Shown here: positions 20,784-29,514 of the stretch, piece after piece
Layout: each line of letters begins with the position of its first letter
Position numbering within the stretch: position 1 is the first letter of the stretch
Position numbers and translations under genes: made by a program
Assembly: GCA_036158955.1 (NCBI GenBank)
Contig: JAYYFI010000007.1
Coordinates: 2,576 to 66,575, forward strand
Direction of reading: 5' to 3'
Source: Pseudomonadota bacterium
GTDB lineage: Bacteria > Pseudomonadota > Gammaproteobacteria > Ga0077536
DNA length: 64,000 nt
Notes under the pieces: generated by a model
The model's input: the letters and a program-made list of their open reading frames with translations, nothing else
What the model was told of the DNA's origin: nothing
Databases searched by the model: none

Positions 20784-22027
20784 ATTTTTAGCGAAACTAA
20801 TCCGTCTGCTAATTTTGGTTCAAACCAAGTGGATTTGGGGGGCATAAGTTGATCGCTATCAGATATTTTTAGAAGTTCTTCTATCGCGGTAGTGGGTAAT
20901 GCAATTCCGATTTTCATTATGCCAGAATCAACTAAATTCACGATTTTCTCTATGCTTTGCGGACCTCCAACAAAATCAATACGGTCGTCAGTTCTAATGT
21001 TCTCAATTCCCAAAATTGGTTTCAAAATATACTCTTCAACAATTCGTGTATCAAGAGTTTCTGCAATATTGCTAATATTTTGAGGGATTTCCTTAAGTTT
21101 AATTTGGTACCAGGTGTTTTCTAGGTAAATAAAGTAACAATATTTTTCATTAAAAAAACTGTTACCGTTCATTTTATCAATTTTAAAAGTATTTGATAAT
21201 TGATTTAAGAATTCATTTACTGTGAGTTGGTTTAAATCGCGAACAACTCTATTGTAAGGCAAGATTTTTAACTCTGTTTCATCAAAAGTAACTGCCAGAA
21301 AGCAATTGGTTGTAGCTTGTTCTTTTTGGTTTAAAAATATTTTTGAAGCAGCGGCACTTCTATGGTGGCCGTCTGCAATATACAGATTTTGAATAGAATT
21401 TAAATGATGTGTGATTTTTTCAACCTGATCAATATCATTTACCGGCCAAAGTTCGTGTTGCCAGTTTTCTAAAACAGCGTTCGTATCGGAATTTTTTTCG
21501 GACGTGATATGCTTTAGGATTGTTCTTAAAGCTTTATTTTCCTTATGAATCAGCATCACCGGCCCCGTTTGCGCTTGTAGGGTGTCAATATGTTTAATTC
21601 TATCTAATTCCTTTTTTTCTCTCGTGAGTTCATGTCGCTTAATCCTACCCTCAAGATACGCTTTTATTGAGGCTCCAAAAACCAATCCCGTTTGAGCATG
21701 ATGCTTGGAGCTTATTCTATAAACATAATAAGAATTTTTTTCGTCTGCACGAATCATATTACGTGCAATTAATCGTTCAAAATTGTTTGCTGCTCTTTGG
21801 TAAACCTCGTCAGAATAAGGATTTATGCGTTCATCAAAATCGACTTCAGACCTTGATACACGAAGAAATGAATCAGGATTTAGTTTCACTATTTCAGTGA
21901 CTTGCTCTCTGGATACCACGTCGTAGGGAGGTGCGATTAATTTATTAGCTGAACTTTTTGTTGGTCTAATACCCCTAAAAGGTTTACCTGTAAATCGATT
22001 ATCCAAATTGGCTTTCTCCCCAAACAA
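20780..22027 (-). CDS. DUF1015 domain protein
   Basis: FRGIRP...LIAPPYDVVS N-terminal signature, ADGHHRSAAA and FEPKLADGL blocks remembered for DUF1015. TTG start. Confidence 0.72.
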   Translation of the reverse strand: MFGEKANLDNRFTGKPFRGIRPTKSSANKLIAPPYDVVSREQVTEIVKLNPDSFLRVSRSEVDFDERINPYSDEVYQRAANNFERLIARNMIRADEKNSYYVYRISSKHHAQTGLVFGASIKAYLEGRIKRHELTREKKELDRIKHIDTLQAQTGPVMLIHKENKALRTILKHITSEKNSDTNAVLENWQHELWPVNDIDQVEKITHHLNSIQNLYIADGHHRSAAASKIFLNQKEQATTNCFLAVTFDETELKILPYNRVVRDLNQLTVNEFLNQLSNTFKIDKMNGNSFFNEKYCYFIYLENTWYQIKLKEIPQNISNIAETLDTRIVEEYILKPILGIENIRTDDRIDFVGGPQSIEKIVNLVDSGIMKIGIALPTTAIEELLKISDSDQLMPPKSTWFEPKLADGLVSLKI

Positions 22028-22036
22028 AAGTTTAAG

Positions 22037-22858
22037 CTAAAATTTTACCTTATTTAGGAAATCTAATACACCTTCATTAAATAATTTTGGAGACTCAAGA
22101 TTTACAAAATGACCAGCTTCTTCGACAACTAGAAGTTCAGAATTTTTAATTCTTTTATTCATTTGTATTGAAATCTCTGGAGGGCTTATGGTGTCTCTAC
22201 TCCCGGTGATTATCAATGTTGGCGCCTCAATAGATGCTAAATCACAAATTTTCTCATACATAACCATACTTTCAGCTGTGTTAAGATAACTTTCTACGTT
22301 AAGCGTTAATATTGTTTCAAGAATTTTGCTCTCCACCATACTATTTGCATTTGGTCCTACCATCTGAGGTATGATTTTTTCTCCAAATTCTCTTAGGGTC
22401 AAGCCGTCATCAATTAATAGCTTCTTCCTCTTCTCAAGGAACCCCAAACGCTGGGTTTTTGTGAAACTTTCATCATATCCAAAGAAAGTGTTTACCAGAA
22501 TTAGAGAACCCACCATGCTTGGGTGTGCTTCTGCGAAATCAAGTGCAATTCTGCCTCCCATTGAATGCCCGCAAAGAATAATGTTGTTGAGTTCAAGATG
22601 TTGTATCAGATCGTACAAGTCGCTGGTAAATTGTCCGAAATTAAATGAATTTTTGATTGGCTTTGATTGACCATATCCCCGCGCATCCCAGCTAATTGTT
22701 CTGAATTGTTTGCTGAAAATTTTGAGCTGCGGAACCCAAATTTCTTTGTTGCCGCTTATACCGTGAAGAAATATAATTGTGGGGCCAACGCCTTTCTCTA
22801 AATAGCTGAGATCAATGTTTTTACTAAGTATCTTCGTCAATATCCCAGTCTGTTCCAT
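22037..22858 (-). CDS. alpha/beta-fold hydrolase
   Basis: FLHGISGN, GHSMGG nucleophile elbow, a C-terminal GHF His. 9 nt upstream of the DUF1015 gene. Confidence 0.8.
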   Translation of the reverse strand: MEQTGILTKILSKNIDLSYLEKGVGPTIIFLHGISGNKEIWVPQLKIFSKQFRTISWDARGYGQSKPIKNSFNFGQFTSDLYDLIQHLELNNIILCGHSMGGRIALDFAEAHPSMVGSLILVNTFFGYDESFTKTQRLGFLEKRKKLLIDDGLTLREFGEKIIPQMVGPNANSMVESKILETILTLNVESYLNTAESMVMYEKICDLASIEAPTLIITGSRDTISPPEISIQMNKRIKNSELLVVEEAGHFVNLESPKLFNEGVLDFLNKVKF

Positions 22859-22865
22859 TTGTATA

Positions 22866-23288
22866 TTATTTATAAATATAAAACTTGTTCACAATTTTCC
22901 AACCATTTTTTGTTTTGGCAAGATGAAAAAAATCTAAGTACTGGTTATTAAAATCAAAGGTAACTGTGGCAGCGAGACCATATATTTGGATGGAAAGTAT
23001 TTCACCTTTCATATCTGGTCGTTTCTCTCTGGACACCCATCTTTCAATCACATCTTTAATAGGTGTTGATGTAAGTTTTTCTTCATTTGATTCCACTAAA
23101 AAGCCTTTCATATGTGCTTTATCCAGCTCGAAAGCCTTGTTTAAGAGTGCTTCATCAGAATTCTTGACACCATTAAAATAACTGTTAATGGTACTTTTAA
23201 TTTCCTGAGTTTCATCAATCAAAAAGTTTTGTGATAAAACAGGGTAAGAAACACTAACTAGCAGGATGCTGATAAGAATTGGTCTCAT
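22866..23288 (-). CDS. exported NTF2/SnoaL-like small protein
   Basis: Signal peptide MRPILISILLVSVSYPVLSQ. The size (~120 aa mature) and the C-terminal GWKIVNKFY pattern resemble lumazine-binding/NTF2-like proteins. Weak call. Confidence 0.5.
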   Translation of the reverse strand: MRPILISILLVSVSYPVLSQNFLIDETQEIKSTINSYFNGVKNSDEALLNKAFELDKAHMKGFLVESNEEKLTSTPIKDVIERWVSREKRPDMKGEILSIQIYGLAATVTFDFNNQYLDFFHLAKTKNGWKIVNKFYIYK

Positions 23289-23306
23289 AATTTTTTACTC
23301 CTTGAA

Positions 23307-24125
23307 TTAAAAAAAAGCTATTACACGAACCTCGATGCTACGACGAGGGGGCGCATTAAGAGTAGCAGAGTTATTTTGAAAAGCTCCGTGAATACCGAAT
23401 CTGGCTTTTACACTTTTTCTCGTATCAAAGCATTTAATCATTATTGCTTCACTACGTTTCATGCGGCTGAAATATATCCACTGATGGTTTAAATTATGTT
23501 TGATGCCTAATATTTTGCCCGTGCGGTTTTTATAAAGTAGGGAAATTTCAATAAGGTCTTGCACGTCTATTGAGTTATGATTGATTAAGCCAAGTGGTGT
23601 ATCTACCACTGGCTCAAGCAAGGGTTGCCAAATATTATAGAATCCAAAATTAGAAAAATCCCTATAGACTTTATCGGGATCTAGTTGGCTTAGCCTCAAT
23701 GCGGCTGATTCTTCAGTATAATCATTATGAGCAAATTTAACCGGTCTGTATGCGTTTGGATGTTGTTTTGCAAGTGCATAATCTCTTACATTATGATCAA
23801 AAGCAAAGGCACGTTTGCAACCACTAAATTTTTTGACGATATTTGAGCACTCGGGGTAAAACTCTTCTTCGATTTGCTTGCTATCAAGGTGATTGAAGTT
23901 CGGCTCATTTTGTTTTCTTAGGAGTTTAAATCCATGTGTGTCAAGCTCAAAGCCATCACTTTTTTCGCGAGCATCGTACATAATTACCTCCATTTTTTTC
24001 ATTTTTGCCGGCTCCCTCTTGTACCCTTCTGTTTCTTCGTGCATGTAAATAATAGGAGCCGCCTCAGAATCATCCACGTAATGCATTGATGCCATGGTTT
24101 GAGGTAAAGTATTAAGGTTAATCAT
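23307..24125 (-). CDS. possible CmcJ/NvfI (AsaB-like) non-heme-iron oxygenase family protein
   Basis: The ~270-aa size and the blocks FAFDHNVRD, VKFAHNDYT and IWQPL resemble my memory of this family. Not verified. Confidence 0.4.
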   Translation of the reverse strand: MINLNTLPQTMASMHYVDDSEAAPIIYMHEETEGYKREPAKMKKMEVIMYDAREKSDGFELDTHGFKLLRKQNEPNFNHLDSKQIEEEFYPECSNIVKKFSGCKRAFAFDHNVRDYALAKQHPNAYRPVKFAHNDYTEESAALRLSQLDPDKVYRDFSNFGFYNIWQPLLEPVVDTPLGLINHNSIDVQDLIEISLLYKNRTGKILGIKHNLNHQWIYFSRMKRSEAIMIKCFDTRKSVKARFGIHGAFQNNSATLNAPPRRSIEVRVIAFF

Positions 24126-24196
24126 AGTCTTGAGAACTCTTTGTTATTATGATTAAGTAAGTTTTATGTAATCCATGGTGTCATTCTAGGGTGAAT

Positions 24197-24784
24197 ATGA
24201 AATTTATCCAAGCTGCAGAAAACAATAAAACAGAAATCTTACAATTTTTCGCAAAAACGGCAAAATTAGGGGACGAGGTTTTGGAGATTGGCTCTGGAAC
24301 GGGCCAACATATTGTTTATTTTGCTACCCAAATGCAGCATGTTGTTTGGCAGCCGAGTGAAAAGCTAGGTAATACCGCTTCAGTTGAAGAGCGTGTAATA
24401 AATGCTGATTTAGCTAATTTGAAAAAAACATGGTTGTTGGACATCAACTGTCCGCCCGATTCATCTCAGCTTTTTGATTTTGTTTATGCATCGAACGTGC
24501 TTCAATGTATATCTCTAAATGAGTTAGGATTGTTTATGTTGACTGCTCGAAAATTTTTAAAAAATTCGGGGATGCTTGTGATTTATGGGCCTTTTTTAAG
24601 GGATGGGGAATACGCTAGTGTTGGGGATAATATTTTAGATAATCACTTGAAAATAAATAATCAAGAGATAGGTATCAAAGATTTAGAATTTGTTAAAAAG
24701 GAAGCGAGATCGCGGAAACTCAAATTTTTAAAAACTGTCAGCATGAATAAAAATAACTTAATCCTTCTATTTACTGCTCTTTGA
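24197..24784 (+). CDS. DUF938-family class-I SAM-dependent methyltransferase
   Basis: AAENNKTEIL...VLEIGSGTGQHIVYFA...VWQPSE signature. ATG 24197 preferred over the listed GTG 24191. Confidence 0.7.
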   Translation: MKFIQAAENNKTEILQFFAKTAKLGDEVLEIGSGTGQHIVYFATQMQHVVWQPSEKLGNTASVEERVINADLANLKKTWLLDINCPPDSSQLFDFVYASNVLQCISLNELGLFMLTARKFLKNSGMLVIYGPFLRDGEYASVGDNILDNHLKINNQEIGIKDLEFVKKEARSRKLKFLKTVSMNKNNLILLFTAL

Positions 24785-25169
24785 ATGATTCGTCAACATC
24801 GACCTGCATCGTCGATACAAGGCCATTTGTATGATGAGCTAGTCCAATCACCTCAAGCAATTCCCTGTATTGTTCATCGGTTAGCCCTTTTTTCCTTGCT
24901 GAAGCCGTATGTGAATGAATGCAATATTCACACGAATTAGCAACAGATACTGCTATATAAATAAGCTCTTTGGTGAGAGGATCAAGCGCCCCCCCTTTCA
25001 TGATCATTTTTACTTGATTCCAGGTTCTAGCGAGCTGTTCTGGATTATTCGCCAAAGCTAGCCAAAAGTTATTAATGAATTCGCCTCCTCTTGTTTTTCT
25101 TATGTCATCATAGATTGCTCTTACTTCGCTATTACTTTCTTCATATTGTATTAATTTTACCGTTGCCAT
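24771..25169 (-). CDS. carboxymuconolactone decarboxylase / AhpD-like family protein
   Basis: AhpD-core CEYCIHSH (CxxC..H) motif. The internal ATG 25169 (MATVK) removes the overlap with ilvE that the listed start at 25232 creates. Confidence 0.78.
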   Translation of the reverse strand: MATVKLIQYEESNSEVRAIYDDIRKTRGGEFINNFWLALANNPEQLARTWNQVKMIMKGGALDPLTKELIYIAVSVANSCEYCIHSHTASARKKGLTDEQYRELLEVIGLAHHTNGLVSTMQVDVDESFKEQ

Positions 25170-25194
25170 AGTTATGCTCTCATTTTTATTTATA

Positions 25195-26262
25195 CTATAT
25201 TGTATATATCCAATTAAAAGGGTCTTTCTCAATCCCGTATTGAATCGCTGTCAAACTATTATAAATGGCTTTTGCAACTTTACCGGAATTCCCATTATTT
25301 ATTTCTATTTCTTGGTCTTTGTAGAATAGTTTACCAATCGGTGCTACGACAGCCCCTGTGCCCATTCCAAATATCTCTGTGATTTCTTCAGACTTAATTT
25401 TTTCAATTACTTCATTAATGCTTATTTTTTTTTCCGAAAATCCGAAGCCTAATTTTGGGGCTAATGTCTTAATTGAGTCTCTAGTTATACCGTGCAATAT
25501 TGCTCCATTTAGTTCTGGTGTAACAATATGCTGCCCCCGTTCAACAAAAGCAATATTCATAGCCCCAACTTCGTCTATATATTCTCTGTGAAGTGCATCA
25601 AGCCAAAGAACTTGTTGATACCCTTTTTTTAATGCTGTTTCAGTGGCCGCAATCGAACCCGCATAATTTCCAGGAGTCTTCGCTTCCCCTGTCCCACCGG
25701 GTGTCGAACGAACAAATTTGTCCGCTACGAGTACTGAAATCGGGTTAAAACCGGAATCAAAATAAGGGGCAACTGGCGATAATATTATATAGTGTAAATA
25801 TTGATCGCTGGCTCTTACCTCTAAAGTAGGCTCTGTGGCAATCATTACCGGTCGAATGTAAAGGGCTGAACCAGCCGTGTTAGGCACCCATTTCTTTTCT
25901 AAGTCAACAAGTTTTTTAATCGCCTCAAAATGCAGAACGGAATCTACTTCTGGCATTCCCATTCTCTTGGCTGATAAGTTAAATCTCTGAATATTTTCTT
26001 TTGTACGGAACAGGTTTATTTTACCATCTTTTGCCCTATAAGCCTTTGTACCATCGAAAACCATTTGACCATTATGAAAAACTGTACAAGAGGGCGGTAG
26101 TTCAAAGTTTCTTTTATGACCGATCAGTTGATTATGCCATCCCGATTCTCTATTGAAATTTTGTGAAAACATCCTATCAGTAAAAATCTTGCCAAAACCA
26201 AGTTGGTCGGGCAGTTGGATGGGGCTGGTTTCTTCTATTTTTTCTATTCTTATTTTTGACAT
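25195..26262 (-). CDS. ilvE: branched-chain amino acid aminotransferase (long ~355-aa type)
   Basis: YIRPVMI, GGTGEAKTPGNYA (PLP lysine region), LWLD, EVGAMNIAF, GITRDS and GTGAVV blocks. Confidence 0.88.
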   Translation of the reverse strand: MSKIRIEKIEETSPIQLPDQLGFGKIFTDRMFSQNFNRESGWHNQLIGHKRNFELPPSCTVFHNGQMVFDGTKAYRAKDGKINLFRTKENIQRFNLSAKRMGMPEVDSVLHFEAIKKLVDLEKKWVPNTAGSALYIRPVMIATEPTLEVRASDQYLHYIILSPVAPYFDSGFNPISVLVADKFVRSTPGGTGEAKTPGNYAGSIAATETALKKGYQQVLWLDALHREYIDEVGAMNIAFVERGQHIVTPELNGAILHGITRDSIKTLAPKLGFGFSEKKISINEVIEKIKSEEITEIFGMGTGAVVAPIGKLFYKDQEIEINNGNSGKVAKAIYNSLTAIQYGIEKDPFNWIYTI

Positions 26263-26287
26263 TGAAGATTAAGGTTTCTTATTTTAA

Positions 26288-27067
26288 TTATCTTGAACGC
26301 TTTAGACTCGTTTTATTAAAGTCAGAGTCAGATAAGCCTTTACTGAATTCCCAATCTTGCCAAAGTAGGGTAGTAGATTTACCTGTCTGGTGATTGATCA
26401 TTTCCATTCTACCCGGCCTCCAGTACTTCCCAAGATACTTTTTGAATTCATGTTGGGTCAACGTTTTCAGTAGAGCGCCTTTTCTATCATAGTATTTGAT
26501 TTTAACAGGTCTCATGATATTACGATCTATACTAAGTAGCAACGACGTATAGCCTGAATATTTATATTGAGGAAAAGCTCTTATTATGTTGTGAATTACA
26601 TTGTTTTTGATTTCATTCTTTTCCCACTCAAATTTATATTTATCAAGTTCAAAAGAACTTAAATCTTCATAAGCAAATTCACTGCCGACAAAAGGTCCAG
26701 ATTTATTTGCTGAAGCAATTCTTTTTACTCTTTTAATTGCAGGTAAGTAAAGCCATTGATCGTCAGGTTTAAGGCTATGGGTGTGGCTGAGAAATGCTGT
26801 TCCTTTAACATCTTTAGGCTTGTCAAAAATCGTCAGACTTTTATCTCCATCACCAACAACCTCTAATGATTTGATTCGTAGAAATCGTTCACTTACCTGG
26901 CCGGTTTTGTTCTTAAGGAGCATTCTAAGTTTAGTCTCAGAGTCTTTCCAACCTATATCATTTTTATCAACTTCCTCCATAATGGCCTGCCCACTGGGTT
27001 GCTTGCCATATCCTGTTGCTGGCAACATAATCGCCATTAGTATGAATAATAATGAAATTCTACTCAA
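26288..27067 (-). CDS. exported LolA-like 'outer-membrane lipoprotein-sorting' family protein
   Basis: Signal peptide (SRISLLFILMAIMLPATGYG), ~260 aa. The WLYLPAIKRVKRI and FVGSEFAYEDL blocks are typical of the family found next to MMPL exporters. The TTG start overlaps the MMPL stop by 8 nt. Confidence 0.7.
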   Translation of the reverse strand: MSRISLLFILMAIMLPATGYGKQPSGQAIMEEVDKNDIGWKDSETKLRMLLKNKTGQVSERFLRIKSLEVVGDGDKSLTIFDKPKDVKGTAFLSHTHSLKPDDQWLYLPAIKRVKRIASANKSGPFVGSEFAYEDLSSFELDKYKFEWEKNEIKNNVIHNIIRAFPQYKYSGYTSLLLSIDRNIMRPVKIKYYDRKGALLKTLTQHEFKKYLGKYWRPGRMEMINHQTGKSTTLLWQDWEFSKGLSDSDFNKTSLKRSR

Positions 27068-29369
27068 TAACGGTCCCTCCCTTCTGTAATAGAGTTGGCA
27101 AAAAAATGAAAGTTGATATTAATGCTATCATTATAATAATAGCTGTCATTAATCCCATGCCCGAATTCATATAAAATGAAGAAGTTGTCAGTAAAGAAAA
27201 GCCTGCTATTAGCACGATGCTGGTTATGAGTAAAGCCTTACCAACCGAATCAAAAGCAAAACTTATTGCTTTGGATTTTGAAAAATTTTGTATCCTTCGG
27301 GCTTTCAAATATTTTGTTAAAAAATGAACGGTATCGTCTATAACAATCCCAAAAGTCATTCCCGTGACTACAGATAGAGACAAACCCACCTGACCTACAA
27401 AAACCCCCCATATGCCGAAGCCAATAACTGCAGGTACTAGATTAGCAACAAGACTAATCAAACCCATGGAGGTTGACTTCAATGATATTGCTAATATCAC
27501 CGAGATTAAGAATATGGCGGATGTGGTTCCAATAAGCATCGCTTTGATATTCCGCTCACCTATATTTGAAAACATCAAAACGGTTCCGGCTCCATTTATC
27601 GCTTGAATGGAAGGGCAATTCTTTTCTGCCCATCTTAATATCTTGTTGTTAAGCCGAATGGTTTCTTTCGTAGAAAGTGTTTTGGTCGTAAGGGTTAGCT
27701 TTGATGACGATTTGTCTACGTTAATTTGATTGTTTAAATCAAGTCCATAAGGTAGAGACATTTCATAAAGAAGAAGATATTGTGCCGCTGCTTCCGTTGA
27801 ATCAGGCAGTCTATAATATTTCTCATGGCCAAAGTTAATATATTTGTTCAGCGATTTCATTGCTGTGATAAAGGAAAGCACGTGAACAGTTTCAGGCAGG
27901 GTCTGCAACCAATTATTTAATTTTTCAATATCAGATTGATATTCCGGATTGTTTATTCCATTTGGAACTCCAGAATCTAGTGAATAATTTATTGAATAAA
28001 TTCCAGTTAAATTATCTTCCATGAAATCGGTTGCTTTCCTAAACTCGACTCTTTCGTCGAACCAGTGAACAAATATATCATTTAGTTCGTTCCTTGGAAT
28101 ATTCATTAAACTAATCACGATAAGAACAATAGAAAACCATAGGATTGGTATTGTATGGTTAAGGACGATTTTCTTTGAATAAAACAATGTTCCGTTGAGT
28201 AATTTATCAGAAAAGTTAATTTTTTGGCTCGGGTTTAATGGAAGTCTCATTAGAGCAATCGGCAAAATAGTGAAGGTAAAAATAAGTGAAAATATTACAC
28301 CTATTGAGACAAGGTTGCCTAAATGATTGAAAGGTGGCACTTCGGAAAAATTCATCGTTAAAAATCCGATTGCCGTGGTTATGCTTGCTAAGAAAACAGG
28401 TTGTAAATTTTGTTCAAGGCTCGCTTGTAAAGCCTGCTCTTTGCCGACTGCATAATTATCAAGGAATGAGGATAAGACATGAACTGAATTGGCTATTGCT
28501 ACTGTAAGGATGATAATTGGTGCAGTAACGGTGACTGATGTAAGGGGATAATTAAAAAATCCCCCAGCCCCCATCGCTGAGATAATGGACATTATGGTAA
28601 TTACAAGTATAGGTGTTGCCCCAATAAAGGTTCTAACTAAGATGCCTAGAATAATAAACATCAAGGCTACACTTGTTGGCACTAAAAACGTAGAGTCTCT
28701 CGCGCCTACTTCAGTAAAAGTGTAATCCATTATCACTGTGCCACTTAAAGCAATTGTAAATAATGCGTGATGTTCTTTTTTAAAATCTTTAATTAATGAC
28801 TTTGACCACTTTGCGATCTCTGTCGTGGCTTCTGTGCGATTGTCGAGTGGTATTTGTACAGTAGCTATTATTCCCGTTGTTTTACCATCAGACGACAAAA
28901 TCTTATTTTTGAGTTCGGGTTGGTCCAATAATCGAGCTCTAAGTATTTCAAGTTCTGCGGAGGTAAATTCCATCGCGTTTTCAACCGCTTCTTTAATTTC
29001 AATTGTCTCACCAGCGTTCGAAACTAATTGAAAATTTGTAATTGAGTCCACCCTGATTGAATATGGCATACTCCATGTCTTTTTTGTAAGCTCTTCAATG
29101 GCGCGTAAAGTTTCACCGTGAAATATGCTCTCTTTTCTTGATTTTATAATAATGATTACGTTGTCTTCTTTGGTGTAAATCTTTTCCATAGACTCAAAAG
29201 CAACTAATTCTGGATTTTCTTCGCTAAAATAGGCGCGATAACTTGAATCAAAATATAAATTGGTTAACCCGACAGCGGAAATTAGAAACAAAATTATGGA
29301 TAATAATGCTAAAAGATTTCTTTTTCTAATGAGGAATTGGGCAATTGTGCTTTCGAATGATTTTGTCAT
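27060..29369 (-). CDS. MMPL/RND-superfamily exporter (12 TM, two 6-TM halves with large periplasmic loops)
   Basis: 769 aa. It has two blocks of clustered hydrophobic helices separated by soluble loops, and DDTVHFL / ANSVHVL motifs typical of the RND/SSD fold. Confidence 0.85.
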   Translation of the reverse strand: MTKSFESTIAQFLIRKRNLLALLSIILFLISAVGLTNLYFDSSYRAYFSEENPELVAFESMEKIYTKEDNVIIIIKSRKESIFHGETLRAIEELTKKTWSMPYSIRVDSITNFQLVSNAGETIEIKEAVENAMEFTSAELEILRARLLDQPELKNKILSSDGKTTGIIATVQIPLDNRTEATTEIAKWSKSLIKDFKKEHHALFTIALSGTVIMDYTFTEVGARDSTFLVPTSVALMFIILGILVRTFIGATPILVITIMSIISAMGAGGFFNYPLTSVTVTAPIIILTVAIANSVHVLSSFLDNYAVGKEQALQASLEQNLQPVFLASITTAIGFLTMNFSEVPPFNHLGNLVSIGVIFSLIFTFTILPIALMRLPLNPSQKINFSDKLLNGTLFYSKKIVLNHTIPILWFSIVLIVISLMNIPRNELNDIFVHWFDERVEFRKATDFMEDNLTGIYSINYSLDSGVPNGINNPEYQSDIEKLNNWLQTLPETVHVLSFITAMKSLNKYINFGHEKYYRLPDSTEAAAQYLLLYEMSLPYGLDLNNQINVDKSSSKLTLTTKTLSTKETIRLNNKILRWAEKNCPSIQAINGAGTVLMFSNIGERNIKAMLIGTTSAIFLISVILAISLKSTSMGLISLVANLVPAVIGFGIWGVFVGQVGLSLSVVTGMTFGIVIDDTVHFLTKYLKARRIQNFSKSKAISFAFDSVGKALLITSIVLIAGFSLLTTSSFYMNSGMGLMTAIIIMIALISTFIFLPTLLQKGGTVIE

Positions 29370-29514
29370 ATTTAAATATACAAAGTGGTTAGGTTCTCGG
29401 AAATATCTCGAATTAATTTATTGGTTTGAACCTGTGAATTTATAGTATTATAACTTATTAAATGAAATTCGCTTAGAAAATTTAGATGATTTTAATTTTG
29501 AAGGAGGAACCCAA

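Noticed and set aside
24771-25232. Long 5' extensions in the ORF track that create gene overlaps: 24771..25232 over ilvE, 56580..57107 over the preceding gene, 34130..34834 over the LLM, 51303..52478 over the DUF3450-like gene, and 35903, 6024, 24191, 55819 and 2352 as alternative starts
   Set aside because: In each case an internal ATG or TTG with a better SD, or a cleaner signal peptide or domain start, removes or shrinks the overlap. I treated these as start-codon artefacts of maximal-ORF calling rather than as real overlapping coding.
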